The notes under the pieces: model-generated
What the model was told of the DNA's origin: nothing
Databases searched by the model: none
The model's input: the letters and a program-made list of their open reading frames with translations, nothing else
Shown: positions 52,127-64,000 of the stretch, in pieces
Position numbering within the stretch: the stretch's first letter is position 1
Layout: the number at the start of each line of letters is the position of its first letter
Made by a program: the position numbers and the translations under genes
Assembly (NCBI GenBank): GCA_964016885.1
Contig: OZ024742.1
Span: 276,582,001-276,646,000 of the forward strand
Reading direction: 5' to 3'
DNA from: Eledone cirrhosa
Lineage: Eukaryota
Length of the DNA stretch: 64,000 bases

Positions 52127-53837
52127 CATGAAATTGGCTTTCATATTTTAAGGTCTGCCATAAAAACTGAAAATCTTTCACAATTTTATTAGTGTAAAAT
52201 ATTCTTATAAATCTAATATTTAGATCAATAACTTATGTATACATTCACACCCATAACCATGTGCAATATAAATACATAAACTTATATCTAGCTGTTACAC
52301 ACTTTTTGTAAGCTACGACTTTCATATCACGCAATTATTCAAGTAATATATATTTCATGACAATAAACTTAAGTGCTTGTATTGCTATTGCTATAGATGT
52401 AAATGTTTGGATTTGCATAACATTTTAAGCCTTGTCTGCATAAAATATGTGACTGTAAAGAGAGAAAGAGGGGAAAAGCCACCATTTTACAAAATATAGT
52501 GATTTTTTTATGTTTATGTTGTGTTTTTTCCAGTAACATTTGTTGCTGAGTAACCCTGGCTAACACTTCTTAAACAGATCTAATGGCTTAGATGTAACCA
52601 ATAGATCCTGATAGGAAGATAAGGTATCAGACATATCAGTTTGGATCAGCCTATTATAAATGTTTACAGTTGTGGCTATCTCTGCTTCATTGTGCAGTCT
52701 GTACTCAAATTTAGAGTTTATTAAAACATGACACTATTTTCAAATGATTGTGCAGTGTTGCTACACTAAGCATGTGCATTAACTGACTACAACAGAGCTC
52801 CCTTTCTGGTTCAGGTTAGAACTGGTATCATAATGTTCAATAAATATTGATTAGATTATGTATTTGAGTATAAATACAGAACGTTACAATTGATAAGTAA
52901 TTTAGAAATCTAATTGTTATTCATTTAAATTGTCTCCAATTTATTTACTGAAACTAAACAACTAGTTTAAATTAAGCACAAACACAATTTGTAGATCAAT
53001 GTATTTGTTGACCTCACACACACAAACAAACATGCACACGCCTATAGTTAAAGTAAAGTGACTGAGTAGATAGGTCATTTGACTACTAGTTCATGAGTCA
53101 TGGACTCATATCTGCTGCAAAACACTTAGTTATAAGACACTTCATCTAGCTTTCAGGGAGTAAGATACCAGTGGTGTCCTATCCGGTAATATTTGTACCT
53201 TTCTATCTGTATTTCTTAAGAAGACATTGTTTGTGTGTACAAAGGAGAAAGATAAAAGTTAAGGAGGGTTTAATAGTTAGGGTTGTTTATCAATACCCCC
53301 AGTTCATTGATTGGCAGCAGGTAGGTCAGCTGTGTTAAACAGTCAGACTTATATTCAGACTTGCTTTTTTATTTTCTTCTGCTTACATATGAGCCCTACT
53401 ATCTGTTAGTCAGTTGTTACCTTACTGAAAATGTCATTCTGTTTTGATATGAATTTTCTTTTTTTTCTTTTTCTTTTTTTTTTCGATCTATGATGATTAG
53501 TCACAGTAATAGAAAGTAACCAAGTTAAGACCTGCTTCTGTGGTAGGTTGGAGTTGGTGGAGCCTTCATTTTGTTACTATTTATTATTCAGTGTAGTGTC
53601 CTCACTATTATGTCTAAATATCAGTTAATCAAGTGAAAGACAATTATAAAAGGAGTTAAGAATGTTAAAAAAATAGAAGTAATTTGAAAGTTTTATTTTT
53701 TAAATTAATTTAGTATTTAGATCTTTTTATCTGCCAATTATGACATAAGAATAAATGTGCCTACAAATTTGCATGAATCAATAGCTAGGACATTAAATTT
53801 GTTATTGTCTTTAATATTTGTTCAAATTTCTTCACAG

Positions 53838-53900
53838 ATTCCTGGGTAAGTCCATATACCGATACTCAGGAAAATGGCCATAGACACCTCCCATCTACAG
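53838..53900 (+). CDS. Candidate 63-nt symmetric phase-1 exon (xSWVSPYTDTQENGHRHLPST)
   Basis: tttcttcacAG| ... ACAG|GTAACT, open frame, 63 nt, GC-richer than its flanks, in unique sequence. An internal GG|GTAAGT at 53847 could be an alternative donor. Confidence 0.65.
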
Positions 53901-56900
53901 GTAACTAAATTGATTTTTATATTTTCAAGTATAGATTCAGTTCCTAAAGCTGTTTTTTTTTTCAACTGAAGTTTTGAGGTAATGAAGAAATTCTTTAATG
54001 CATTTTATGTTGTTGCTGTTTAACCTCATATTAGCCTTAATGAAGCAAGCCTATGAACAAAGGCACTCCAGCAATGACCATCCTAACTTATGGACCATGG
54101 TATGATTTGAGGGGAGTTGGCTGTTATTTTTAGCAACACAAGTAATCACAGAAGTTCCTCATTGGCCTGTTAACATTTATTATAATACTAACAGTGAGGG
54201 TGGTGGATTGGCAGAATTGTTAGTGTATTGGATGAAATGCATTGCAGTATTTCATTATGGCTCTCTACATTCTAAGTTCAAATCCTGCCAAGGTCAACTT
54301 TGCTGTTCATCTTTCTGGGATTGCTAAAACAAAGTATTAGTAAAATACAGCGGTTGATATAATCGACTTTTTCCTCTCCACAAATTGTTGGCCTTGCACC
54401 TGAATTAGAAATCATAATAGTAATGGAATTAGGTATATATGAAGGTACTAGTGTTATATCAGAAATACGAAACATATCAATAAACTCCTCTTCATCATCA
54501 TCATCGTTTGACATCCATTTTCCACACTAGCATGGTAGGACAGGCTGTCCCTTTCTGAGAGATCAAGTCGGAGGACTGTATTTCGCTCACACAGAACTGA
54601 TTTTGACTTAGTTTCTACGGTTGGATGCCATTTCTAAAGCCAACCACATCCACAATGTGTTCTGGATGCTTTTTGTCATGACACCTACACGACTGCTTTA
54701 CAGTGTGGATCATCAATGATGTTTCTATGTTTTCTCTCATTATTATATCTATATTCTTGTCTTTGTGATTTACCTCATACCAATTGGCATTGTCAATAGA
54801 ATCAAAAAAGGACATTGCTGTGAAAGCTTGGTTGCTATGAATCAGTTACCTTTATGGTCACATTTCTGACAGCTCTGTTGATGCACAGTTTGCCGCTATT
54901 CAGGCCTTGTCTTCACAGTCTGTATTTGTTCTAAAAAATCAAGTGACCTTTTGCTCAACTGACACTGTTCTCAATTAAGGGTGATGCATAGGTTTCATCA
55001 ATGTTTCTCAAGGAGTACAACTTACACAGCAAATTTGGCACTAGACAATGAACTCCCACTCGGTGACTCTCTTCATTGTGTCAGTACGGTACACCTTGGC
55101 TTACATCATTTCAAGTTTCATCATTTTCAAAGTTACAGCAGTTTTTCTTAATATTATATGGCAAAAATAAACCTCATGTTATGTCAATTGACTCAACTTT
55201 ATGTCGGTCTGCCAAAAATATTAAACCATAAAAAAAAAAGAAAAACATAAAATCACATATATGGCGGTACCCCAGCATGGCCTCAGCTTGCTGGCTGGAA
55301 CACATAATAGAGTAAATAAATGCATAAAGTAAGTAGGGAGTGCCTGTTAGCAGTTTATAGGGAGGTTAATTCGACATTCATCATTTTTCAATTTAAGTCT
55401 TGACTTCTTGAACCAATTAAGAATGTAGGGTTAGGTATAATTGTATTATATCGGAATGTAAATTATGTACTTCATAACTGTATGTTTTCTATATTGATGT
55501 ATTATATAAAAATGATGAAATTAAGAAAACATTTCTTATTCCACAAGGTAGTAAATTTTATGCTACCAAATGTAATGTGTTAACAATGCTGGGTATAGTC
55601 CTAACTAAATCTTTATATCACAGTTCCGTCTGAGCAAGGTACGCCACAGCCAGCGTGCCAGACTTGTCTCATGACGTGGGCGACCTGTCTAACCCATGCA
55701 GGCATGGAAAAATAGACATTAAACGGTGATGATGATAGTTAATTTAGCTAATCTTTCTGCAAATTAAACTTTTTTCTGTTTTACATGAAATAAACAAAAA
55801 CACAAGAAGGAAAACTTATATTTTATCAAATCATATTTTATCAAAAACATGAAAAAAAGTAGCTGGTATGCTCATTGATACAATGAAAATAGAAATAAAT
55901 TACAATATAGAAATAAAATATTATGTGAGCCTTGGAATAATTAATAATTTTTGCATTGGTTAGATGGCTTGTCACATTTTGAAGCTAGACTAATCAGGTG
56001 ACTATGTCTTGCTTGTATGTTACATTTTTTGCTGGATGCACCTCCTAATGCCAACCATTTTACAGCATATACTGGGAACATTTTATTGTGACTCTGGTAC
56101 TACCACCTTACAATGTGGATTGGGTGCTTTTGTCGTGGCATTAATGCTACCACTTTGCAGAGTGTGCTAGGTATATTTTTCATCATGACACCATCATTGT
56201 GTGTGGTAGGGTGCATATCACCACAGGATAGGAAGCGTCAAGTCATGGGGATGGCTTTGGGGAGAGTGAGTTGTTTGGCAGCATATTGGGAAGCATGCCT
56301 AGCTTTCCATGCTGACATGGGTTGGACAAAGGAGTGAATCAGGTAATTGGGTGGGAATGGATGGAGGGCACATCTTCCATGCTGGCATAGGTTGTGCAGG
56401 GAAGTGATTTGGGGATAGGTTAAGGTGGAAAGAGGAGCACCATATGGGTGGGTGTGGGAACACTTTTTTTCCTTTCTGTGCTGACATGGGTTAAATGTGG
56501 GAAGTGGATGGAGGTGGTATTTGGGGATTGTGTGGGGAAAGATAAGCTTAGGAAAGTGGACAGGAGGGTTGGGCCTATCTACTTCTCTCTTTCTTGCATT
56601 TCACCCCATTCTTGAGGAAAGGCACAGTACAACCTATTGTCAATTGACTTGGTCTTGAGTCATTTCCTTCGTGAGGTTCAGTGTTGGGAGGTCACTCTTA
56701 ACTACATCATCCCAAGTTTTCCTAGGCTTCCTCCTTCCACAATTTCTATTAATCTTGAGCACCCTACACTTTTTTATGCAGCTGTAATTCTTGATATGCC
56801 TCATATGTCCAAACCATCATAGTCTTCTCTCTTGTATACAGCATCTAATCCTATGTTCAGCTTTTCTCTCAGTTAATTTATGCTTCACCTCTCATTCCAT

Positions 56901-58092
56901 CAGAGCACTGACAAGCTTCTGCAATTTCTGTTTCCCAAATTCCACTCACAAAGTTTTGATCAACCCACAGCTAAAAAGAAAATTACTTGCAGCAGGATTG
57001 AACTTATATTTTACAGATCAGTAGTTCAATACCTAATCTGCTCAGCCATGTTTTCCATGTCAGCATGCATCAGCTGACCTAGAACATTTTGTATAAGTCC
57101 TTGAATTATCAGAGTGTGTTTTGTATAACTATGTTATCTTCTTTATGTCAAAGATACCATTGCAAAATTGAATTGATTCTTACATCTCAGTTAGTAAGTC
57201 TAGGCTGAGTAACAGATGCTTGCAGTAAGTCACTTTTTGTATCCATTATGTATCTTTGAGCACTCAGTTACTAGTAACAAAAAAATCCCATACATTAAAA
57301 AACTAACCTCAACAGAAATGACTAAAAATCATGAGGGCTGGCGCTATGCGGAGCTGGAGAAGACCTGACCTGCAACATACAATGTGGCCTGACCCCTGTC
57401 TCCACCACAATTATCCTCAATACCATTATGTTCGCTTGCCGCACATGCCCCATGCACCCTTGTGAAGTGATTGGTGATAGGAAGGGCATCCAGCCGTAGA
57501 AAGCTTGCCAAACAAAGGGTTCGGAGGACGCTTAGTTGTGTCAAAGACAAGACAACCTCCCCTGTGCATTCGGTAAAACATGAGACCATACATAAGCAAG
57601 ACGGGAGATCACTGGCTTGTTTCGGAGGTCAGTAGCCACTGCTTCAGTACTGACTTGATCTATGTAGACCTATCCAACCATTGTTCGCAGGAAAATCATC
57701 ATCACCGTTTTACGTCCGTTCTTCCACGCTAGCATGGGTTAGATGGGTCGTCCTGTGTTGGCTGACCTTGTCTTGCTCATACAGAAACTGATTCTGGCTT
57801 GATTTCTACAGCTGGATTCCCTTCCTAACATCAACCTCATTTACAGTGAGTGCTGGATGCTTTTTTTCCATAGCGCCTACACATCTATTTTACAGTGTGA
57901 GCTGGGTGTTTTTTTGCCGTGGCACCTCCACGACCACTTTGCAGTGGGAGGGGGCATATTGTCTATATGCTTCAGCTTCGGCTTGTACCCGTGGGAAGTC
58001 GGGTCTTCTGTATTACTGTGTGACACCAGAGGTCACGGTCGTGTGTCATCACCTTTGAGAGGTGCAATTGGGTAAGGTCGGCTTTTATCACC

Positions 58093-58500
58093 TCATCCCA
58101 GGTTTTCTTGGGTCTCCCCCACTCCGCGGCTTCCATCAACTTCTAGTGCTCTGCACCTTTTTATGCAGCTGTCATCCTTCATACGCATCACATGTCCATA
58201 CCAACGCAACCTCCTCTCCTGCACACACCATTTGATTCCTCTTATGCTCAGTCTTTCTCTCAATTCGTTTATGCTTTTCCGTTTGTGTATATTACTATTA
58301 CTCATCCATCGGAGCATGCAGGCTTCGTTTCTTTCTAATCTACACAAGTCTTCTATAGACAGCGCCCAGATCTCACTACCATGTAACATTGCTGTTCGTA
58401 TGCACACATCATACAGTCTGCCTTTCATTTTGAGGGAAAAGCCTTTTGCAGCTAGCAGTGGCAGTAGCTCCCTGAACTTCTTCCATCCCGTTCTTACCCT
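58093..58500 (-). mobile_element. RTE-clade LINE RT C-terminal fragment
   Basis: RVRTGWKKFRELLPLL...KGRLYDVCIRTAMLHGSEIW...RRLRWYGHVMRM. Confidence 0.9.
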
Positions 58501-60340
58501 AAAAGCAGACATTAAAACAATGATGGTGATAATAATGATGTAAATTTCACATTGATAAAACTAAAACATTCTGAGAATATTGTGATATTAGATTAAAAAC
58601 ATAAAATGTCTGAGACACATTATGCTCTAACAATGTTTCCATTATTGGTAAGAGTTTTGCTGCCTCTATGATCTATATAAAAGGAGAAACAAAAGGTTCC
58701 ATACACTCATCATACACAGAGGAGAAAAGATATGATTTGACAATGACCTTAGTCAATATTTTTACCATAATAAATGCTTGTAAAAATTAAAGTGAAATAA
58801 TCATTTTGCAACAGGTGGTATTTTCTGCCATGGAAAGTTAGTTTATAATTTATGATAATGATAATATTACAACAGGAACAACAAAAAAGAGGACACTAAT
58901 ACAATTCTAGACAATAGCACACAACATGACATCCACCAATATAATTGTATAAAAAATATTAAATTTTGTTGTTGATCCAAATGGTTGACTCCTCTTTATA
59001 TTCTAATATATTTTACCTTAATAAGGTGTTACAAGAGTAAATTGACAGATGCTAATGTTAGGAATGTAACTTAAAGAAATCTATTTGGTTTAGTCTTCTA
59101 TGATGTGATAGTATTAAAAATAATATTTTCACTCAGAGAACCAGAGCATACTGCAAATTGGGACCATCCTTTTTGGTAACCAGATGACTCCTCTATGCTT
59201 CAGCTTCCAGATATAACCAAGACATTCACCTACATCAAGCTTTCCACCCTTGCCTACACATTTTAATCTTTGTTTTTCCATATAAGTTGAATGTGTCTGC
59301 ATATCCCAAACTCACTTCATGTGTCTTCCTCTTTGGGTGTATTCCAATATCAGAATAAAGCTCTTGTAATTTTAAAATGACATGGATATTTCCAGTCCCA
59401 GTTTCTAGTTTGAATAATACTTTGTGTATCCATGATTTTTATGGTTTCCTCCACTTGTGGGAATTGTATTGTTTCAGGACAAAGTCTATGATTATTTTTT
59501 TTATTCCCTGTTTCTATAATGCCTTTTCCTGTTTTCTCCATTCACAAATCATTTTTATTTTTTTAGTTGCTTGATTGCCATATTAGTTGGCATATTCAAC
59601 ATCTTGCAACTTTTAACTAATTCTATATGTTTGTCTTCTCTGCTTAATGTGTAGAGTTGCAGCATGGTGTTGTCAGCTACAGATGGTGTCAATTTCAGTG
59701 CTATTCTGCCTGTCTGCAAATGGTGTGTAAGGCATCATTGTTATCAATTCACCATATGCTAAACAAAGCAAATATCATTCAGTTACTAGTAGTACCCACT
59801 AAATCATAGTAAACATTTTAGTAGTTACTATCGATGCATTACAAAATAGTAATCATAGTACTCTCAAACGTCACTCAATAACTTGACCTTTTATTGGTCT
59901 GGGGTGGTTTTATTTTAACGTATTGTTTTTGATCTTCAATAATTAAGGTTGTTTAAAGAATAACACTAAAACACCTATCTTGACAAGTAGTTTAATATTA
60001 TAGATAATTAAATAATGTAATACAAGAGATTATTCTTGAAACACATGGGGTGGTCATGATTGGAAGGTACTTAATTTTAGGATTGACCTAGGATAGGTCA
60101 TAATAAGCATAATATATCCAGAGCACTCTGGTTTGCATTAAATTATCAAGTTGGCCATTTATATGTCATATGTCTGCTCGATGTGAGTTGATCTTGAGCT
60201 AGACAACTTGCTAACGTTGCTTGCTATGTGATTGCTCAACCTACTTGAAGTAGCAATCTGTTCTCCCTCAAATCATGCCCCTTTATCTTAAAAAGTAAAA
60301 AAAAAAAAACATATCTTATCATGTAGCCTTAAATACACTA

Positions 60341-61572
60341 CAAGGGACATTTAAAAAGTTTATGGAAAAATAGAATGAAAGAAAAATATTTTATGTAAAA
60401 GCTTTATTACTCCACATAAGCATCATCAACTACAAGGCAATTTTGAAAGCGATGATACCAGATATTTATACTGTCTTGATAGAACTAAGGATCCTGAGAA
60501 TTTAATTATGACAAACTAGCTGTTTTTACATCATTAATGGTCTCAAATTGGGTATCTTTTAAAAAATGTTAAGTTTAGAAAATAAGAAAAATTTTCAAGT
60601 TTAGGGAATAAGAAGGTGCTTACTCAGGACTAGCGTGGAAGTCTAATAATTTCCCATCGAAATTCCTGGGCAGGGGTGTTGTCAAGATGGAAAAAAAACT
60701 CTTTTAGAAAGCTTTCCATGGAGCTTTTCTGCTAAATTTCTGGCTAATTTTCTTAAACCTTTTTCATAATAAGCAGATGTTACTGTTTTCTTTTCATTCT
60801 AAATTCTCTCAGCATCCCCAAAGACTATTTCCATAACCTTTCCTCCTGAATAATTCACTCTTGTTTTGACCAGTCTTTTCCACCTTTGGGTAACCATTGC
60901 TTTCACTGAGCTTAGTTTTCAGAGTCTTGCTGGTAAAGCCAGATTTCATTTCCAGTTACAATTTGCCTCAGAAAGCCTTTGGATTTTTTATCCCATTTGT
61001 TTAAAATTTCTAAAGAATGCTCTGCTCTTGTTTGTTGTTGATCTTGGTGCAACTGTCTTGGCACTCAATGAGCAGAAAGTTTGCTTAGCTTTAATTTATC
61101 TCTTAAAATTATGTGAACTGAACCAACAGAGATGTCAAGGTGTGAACTACTTTTTCTGCTATTACTCATCAGTCTATATCAATTAGATCTTGAGAGCATC
61201 GATTTTTTTCTTCACAAACTGAGGTCCTTTCATCATCTTCAACACCATCTCGTCCTTCTTTGAAACAAGTTCTCCATTTGTAAATTACTGATTTTTTTTT
61301 TAGGGAAGTATCTCCATAAACAATTCTCAAAGTCCTTTTTCTTCCAACCAAGTTTTACCATAAATTTTATGAATTTTGACAGAACACATGTTGCTTTAAG
61401 GATGATTGTATTTTAAATGGTGTAAATTTCAGTCTATTGCTTCAAATTACTTCTGAATTACACAGGTTAGAACAAATATGTATGCATTTAAGTTGGATGC
61501 AAGCAAATAGTAAAACATTTGCATAAAGTTCCTATAAAATACATTTTCCACAAACTTTTTGAATGCACTTTG
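60341..61572 (-). mobile_element. Decayed mariner (Hsmar2/irritans-like) DNA transposon
   Basis: TA|caagggacatttaaaaagtttatggaaaa and ttttccacaaactttttgaatgcactttg TIRs. Transposase remnant KFMVKLGW...VYGD...VIYKW...FKEGRDGVEDD; about 1.23 kb. Confidence 0.85.
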
Positions 61573-63576
61573 TCTGAATAAAAAAATATAATGGTTGCAC
61601 TTAAATGCCTTTGATGCACATTCTAATATATTATCTATAGGGTTGTGTAGCTCTGGAAATGCAGACCTAGTGGATTAATCAAGATTTGCAGGAATTGCAC
61701 AGAGAGCATAATTCTGTATTTTGACAGTTATCACCCCTGCTACAACTGTAGAATCTTGACTCAACATATTATTTTTATTTTTATAAGTTTTTACTTGAAT
61801 TACTTGAGTAAAGGATTTTACATAGAGGCTTGTTGGTTCGATATAATCTATACCCCCCCCCCCCCCCCATGATTTTGAAATGGATGACTTTTATGATACT
61901 GGATACTTGCTCTTAAATATTACTAACGAGTAGACTGTATATTCATTTTTCATGTAATAAGGATTTGGGATGGATTTAGTTAAATATCTGTAACCATATA
62001 TTACTATATTATGTTGGTGGTGATCAATTGATATATCAGAATGTCATTCACAAAGATATTATTTTAAATCTAAACACTTTAGTACAGGTGAGTTTGTATA
62101 AAAAGGATGAAATTTTATATGGAATTTTTTCATCTGAAATTGCTCCATATTACCAACTATCATTATGGATGAGAGTAATTTATTCCTGTAGTCCTCTATT
62201 ATAATGCATCAAATTGGCAGTCATTTAAGCTTTGTATAGGATGTCTTGTGATATTTATTCCAGCTCTTTGCATTCTAAGTTCAAATCTTGCTAGTTCACT
62301 TGTTGCCTTTCATCCTTCTGTGGTCAGTTGATTTTTCTTTGTCTCTCTCAGAATTGGCTATATTGGGCCATGAGAGATCACTCACAACATCCTTTTCTTC
62401 AGAAATGGTGGAAGGTTGAGTGAGAGGCTAGCAATCTTTTCTCATACATAAACTGTTATGCTACTAGAACTGTTCAAGGATAACCTAATCATCATCATCT
62501 TCGTTTAACATCCATTTTCCACGCTAGCATGGGTTAGACGTAATGTAATGTGCAATACAACACAATGTAATGTAATGTGCAATACAACACAGAACAGAAA
62601 TCCAGATTTCCCATATTGTCATTAGAACATATAGAGATGAAACTAATACTAAAAATGAGCTTCCAAAGATAGCTACATACAATATATATCTTCAAACTAT
62701 CCTAACAGTTGCTGCATTTTTAGTTATGGCGGATTTGGTTTTAGATTTTTATGACCTTCTGTCACATAATAAAATCAGTGGATGGACATTTCAGAATAGT
62801 CTTCTGTTGAATGGTCTGCTTTTACAGAGGCTGAGAGACAGACCTATTCTTTAAAATATAAACATCTTCTTTGTTGCTAAAAGAAATATCAATAATATAC
62901 TTGAACTGATACATTTAACTTGACAGTTTTCCTGTCAAAATTTGGACTTTTGCCTATTCAAATTATTATTTGTAGCTATGCTATTCTTTCATATTTGAGT
63001 TGCTTTGAATTATCTACTCATACATATATGAGATCATTCATTAACATTGTGTAACCTGAGATGTCCCAAGTAGCTGGCTTAATCACTGTCTTAGTTCACT
63101 GACTCACAGCTAGTTGTTTTTCTTTGTGTTCATTTGAACTATAAACTACTAAAAATATATTTTGGAAAGGCATCATTGTTACTGTTAACCTTGAAATATT
63201 GACCTAATATCTGTGTCATAGATTTAGCTATTTTTCAGTGTCTATTGTAGTATAAACTTGGCGTTTGAGAACAGTAAATGCATGTTAAGATTCAAGTTTA
63301 TTCAAATCAAATGCACACTTGAAATAATTTATAAATGATTTGATATAATATGCAGTGGTCATTCTAGTAGTGGTAAATTCCCAATTAGTTTGCATAGGTT
63401 TAATTCCTGGTCACTTGATTTATTCCTCATATTTGTTTTTCAGTTTTAATCAATAACCTGGACTAAGGGAAATAGGCCGCCACCATTCCTATTTGGTATT
63501 AATTAACTAAAATATAATGAAGGTGGCTTAATAGTACTCTGACACCCCAATAATTGTTTATAGGAAATAAATTTTC

Positions 63577-63639
<63 letters not shown>

Positions 63640-64000
63640 CTAACCACTTTACAGAGTGTACTGGGTTTGTTTATTATGTCACTAACACTAGAGAGATTGC
63701 CATGCATTTGACACAGCTGAAGGGTACTCTTGACTGTTTTTTTCATGGTTTCTGCAGCTGGACACCCTTCTTATTAACAACTACCTTATACAGTGTACTG
63801 GGTGCATTTTCTGAGGCACCAGCACTAGAGGGGTTGACAGTCAATGGTAGGGATGATATATATGTCATCGGTGTATGACAGATGTGGTGGGGTGATGTGG
63901 GGGAAAGAATGGTTAAATGGCTATATGAGGGTGGGGTGACAAAGTGATGAAATGGAGTGGAGGGGTGGAAGTGACCCTTTGTAGAATGAGAGAGTGGTGG

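Noticed and set aside
62083-62093. tttAG-TACAG-GTGAGT possible 5-nt microexon or donor
   Set aside because: Not frame-preserving, weak polypyrimidine tract and no supporting ORF.
16021-63746. Most remaining 60-150 aa ORFs in the track (poly-P, HTHT, RERE, YIYI)
   Set aside because: Translations of microsatellites, antisense TE frames or random AT-rich DNA.

Overview
AT-rich eukaryotic (animal) DNA with no long intact ORF; the repeat content suggests a coleoid cephalopod (Octopus-like; inference from remembered SINE motifs, not a database search). It reads as intronic/intergenic sequence filled with tRNA-type SINE families (often in head-to-tail arrays), decayed non-LTR retrotransposons (CR1, RTE, CRE-like, R4/Dong-like, Tx1/L1-like 3' end), TTAA-flanked piggyBac-type MITEs, a pogo-like MITE, a non-autonomous Helitron and an Hsmar2-like mariner. 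Two short candidate coding exons (30520-30549, 53838-53900) and a candidate non-coding first exon (~50870-51327) suggest a large + strand gene. The most striking signal is four sequence-unrelated type I hammerhead ribozyme motifs (16461-16539 -, 38438-38516 +, 38837-38924 -, 41778-41820 +). Each lies in a short non-coding segment abutting a (TA)n microsatellite, and two share an inverted-repeat-plus-extension layout like Penelope-like-element pseudo-LTRs or retrozymes. Next to them is an unexplained indel-free 234-bp tandem duplicate (37424-37657 / 37741-37974) with conserved blocks and apparent conserved base pairing.
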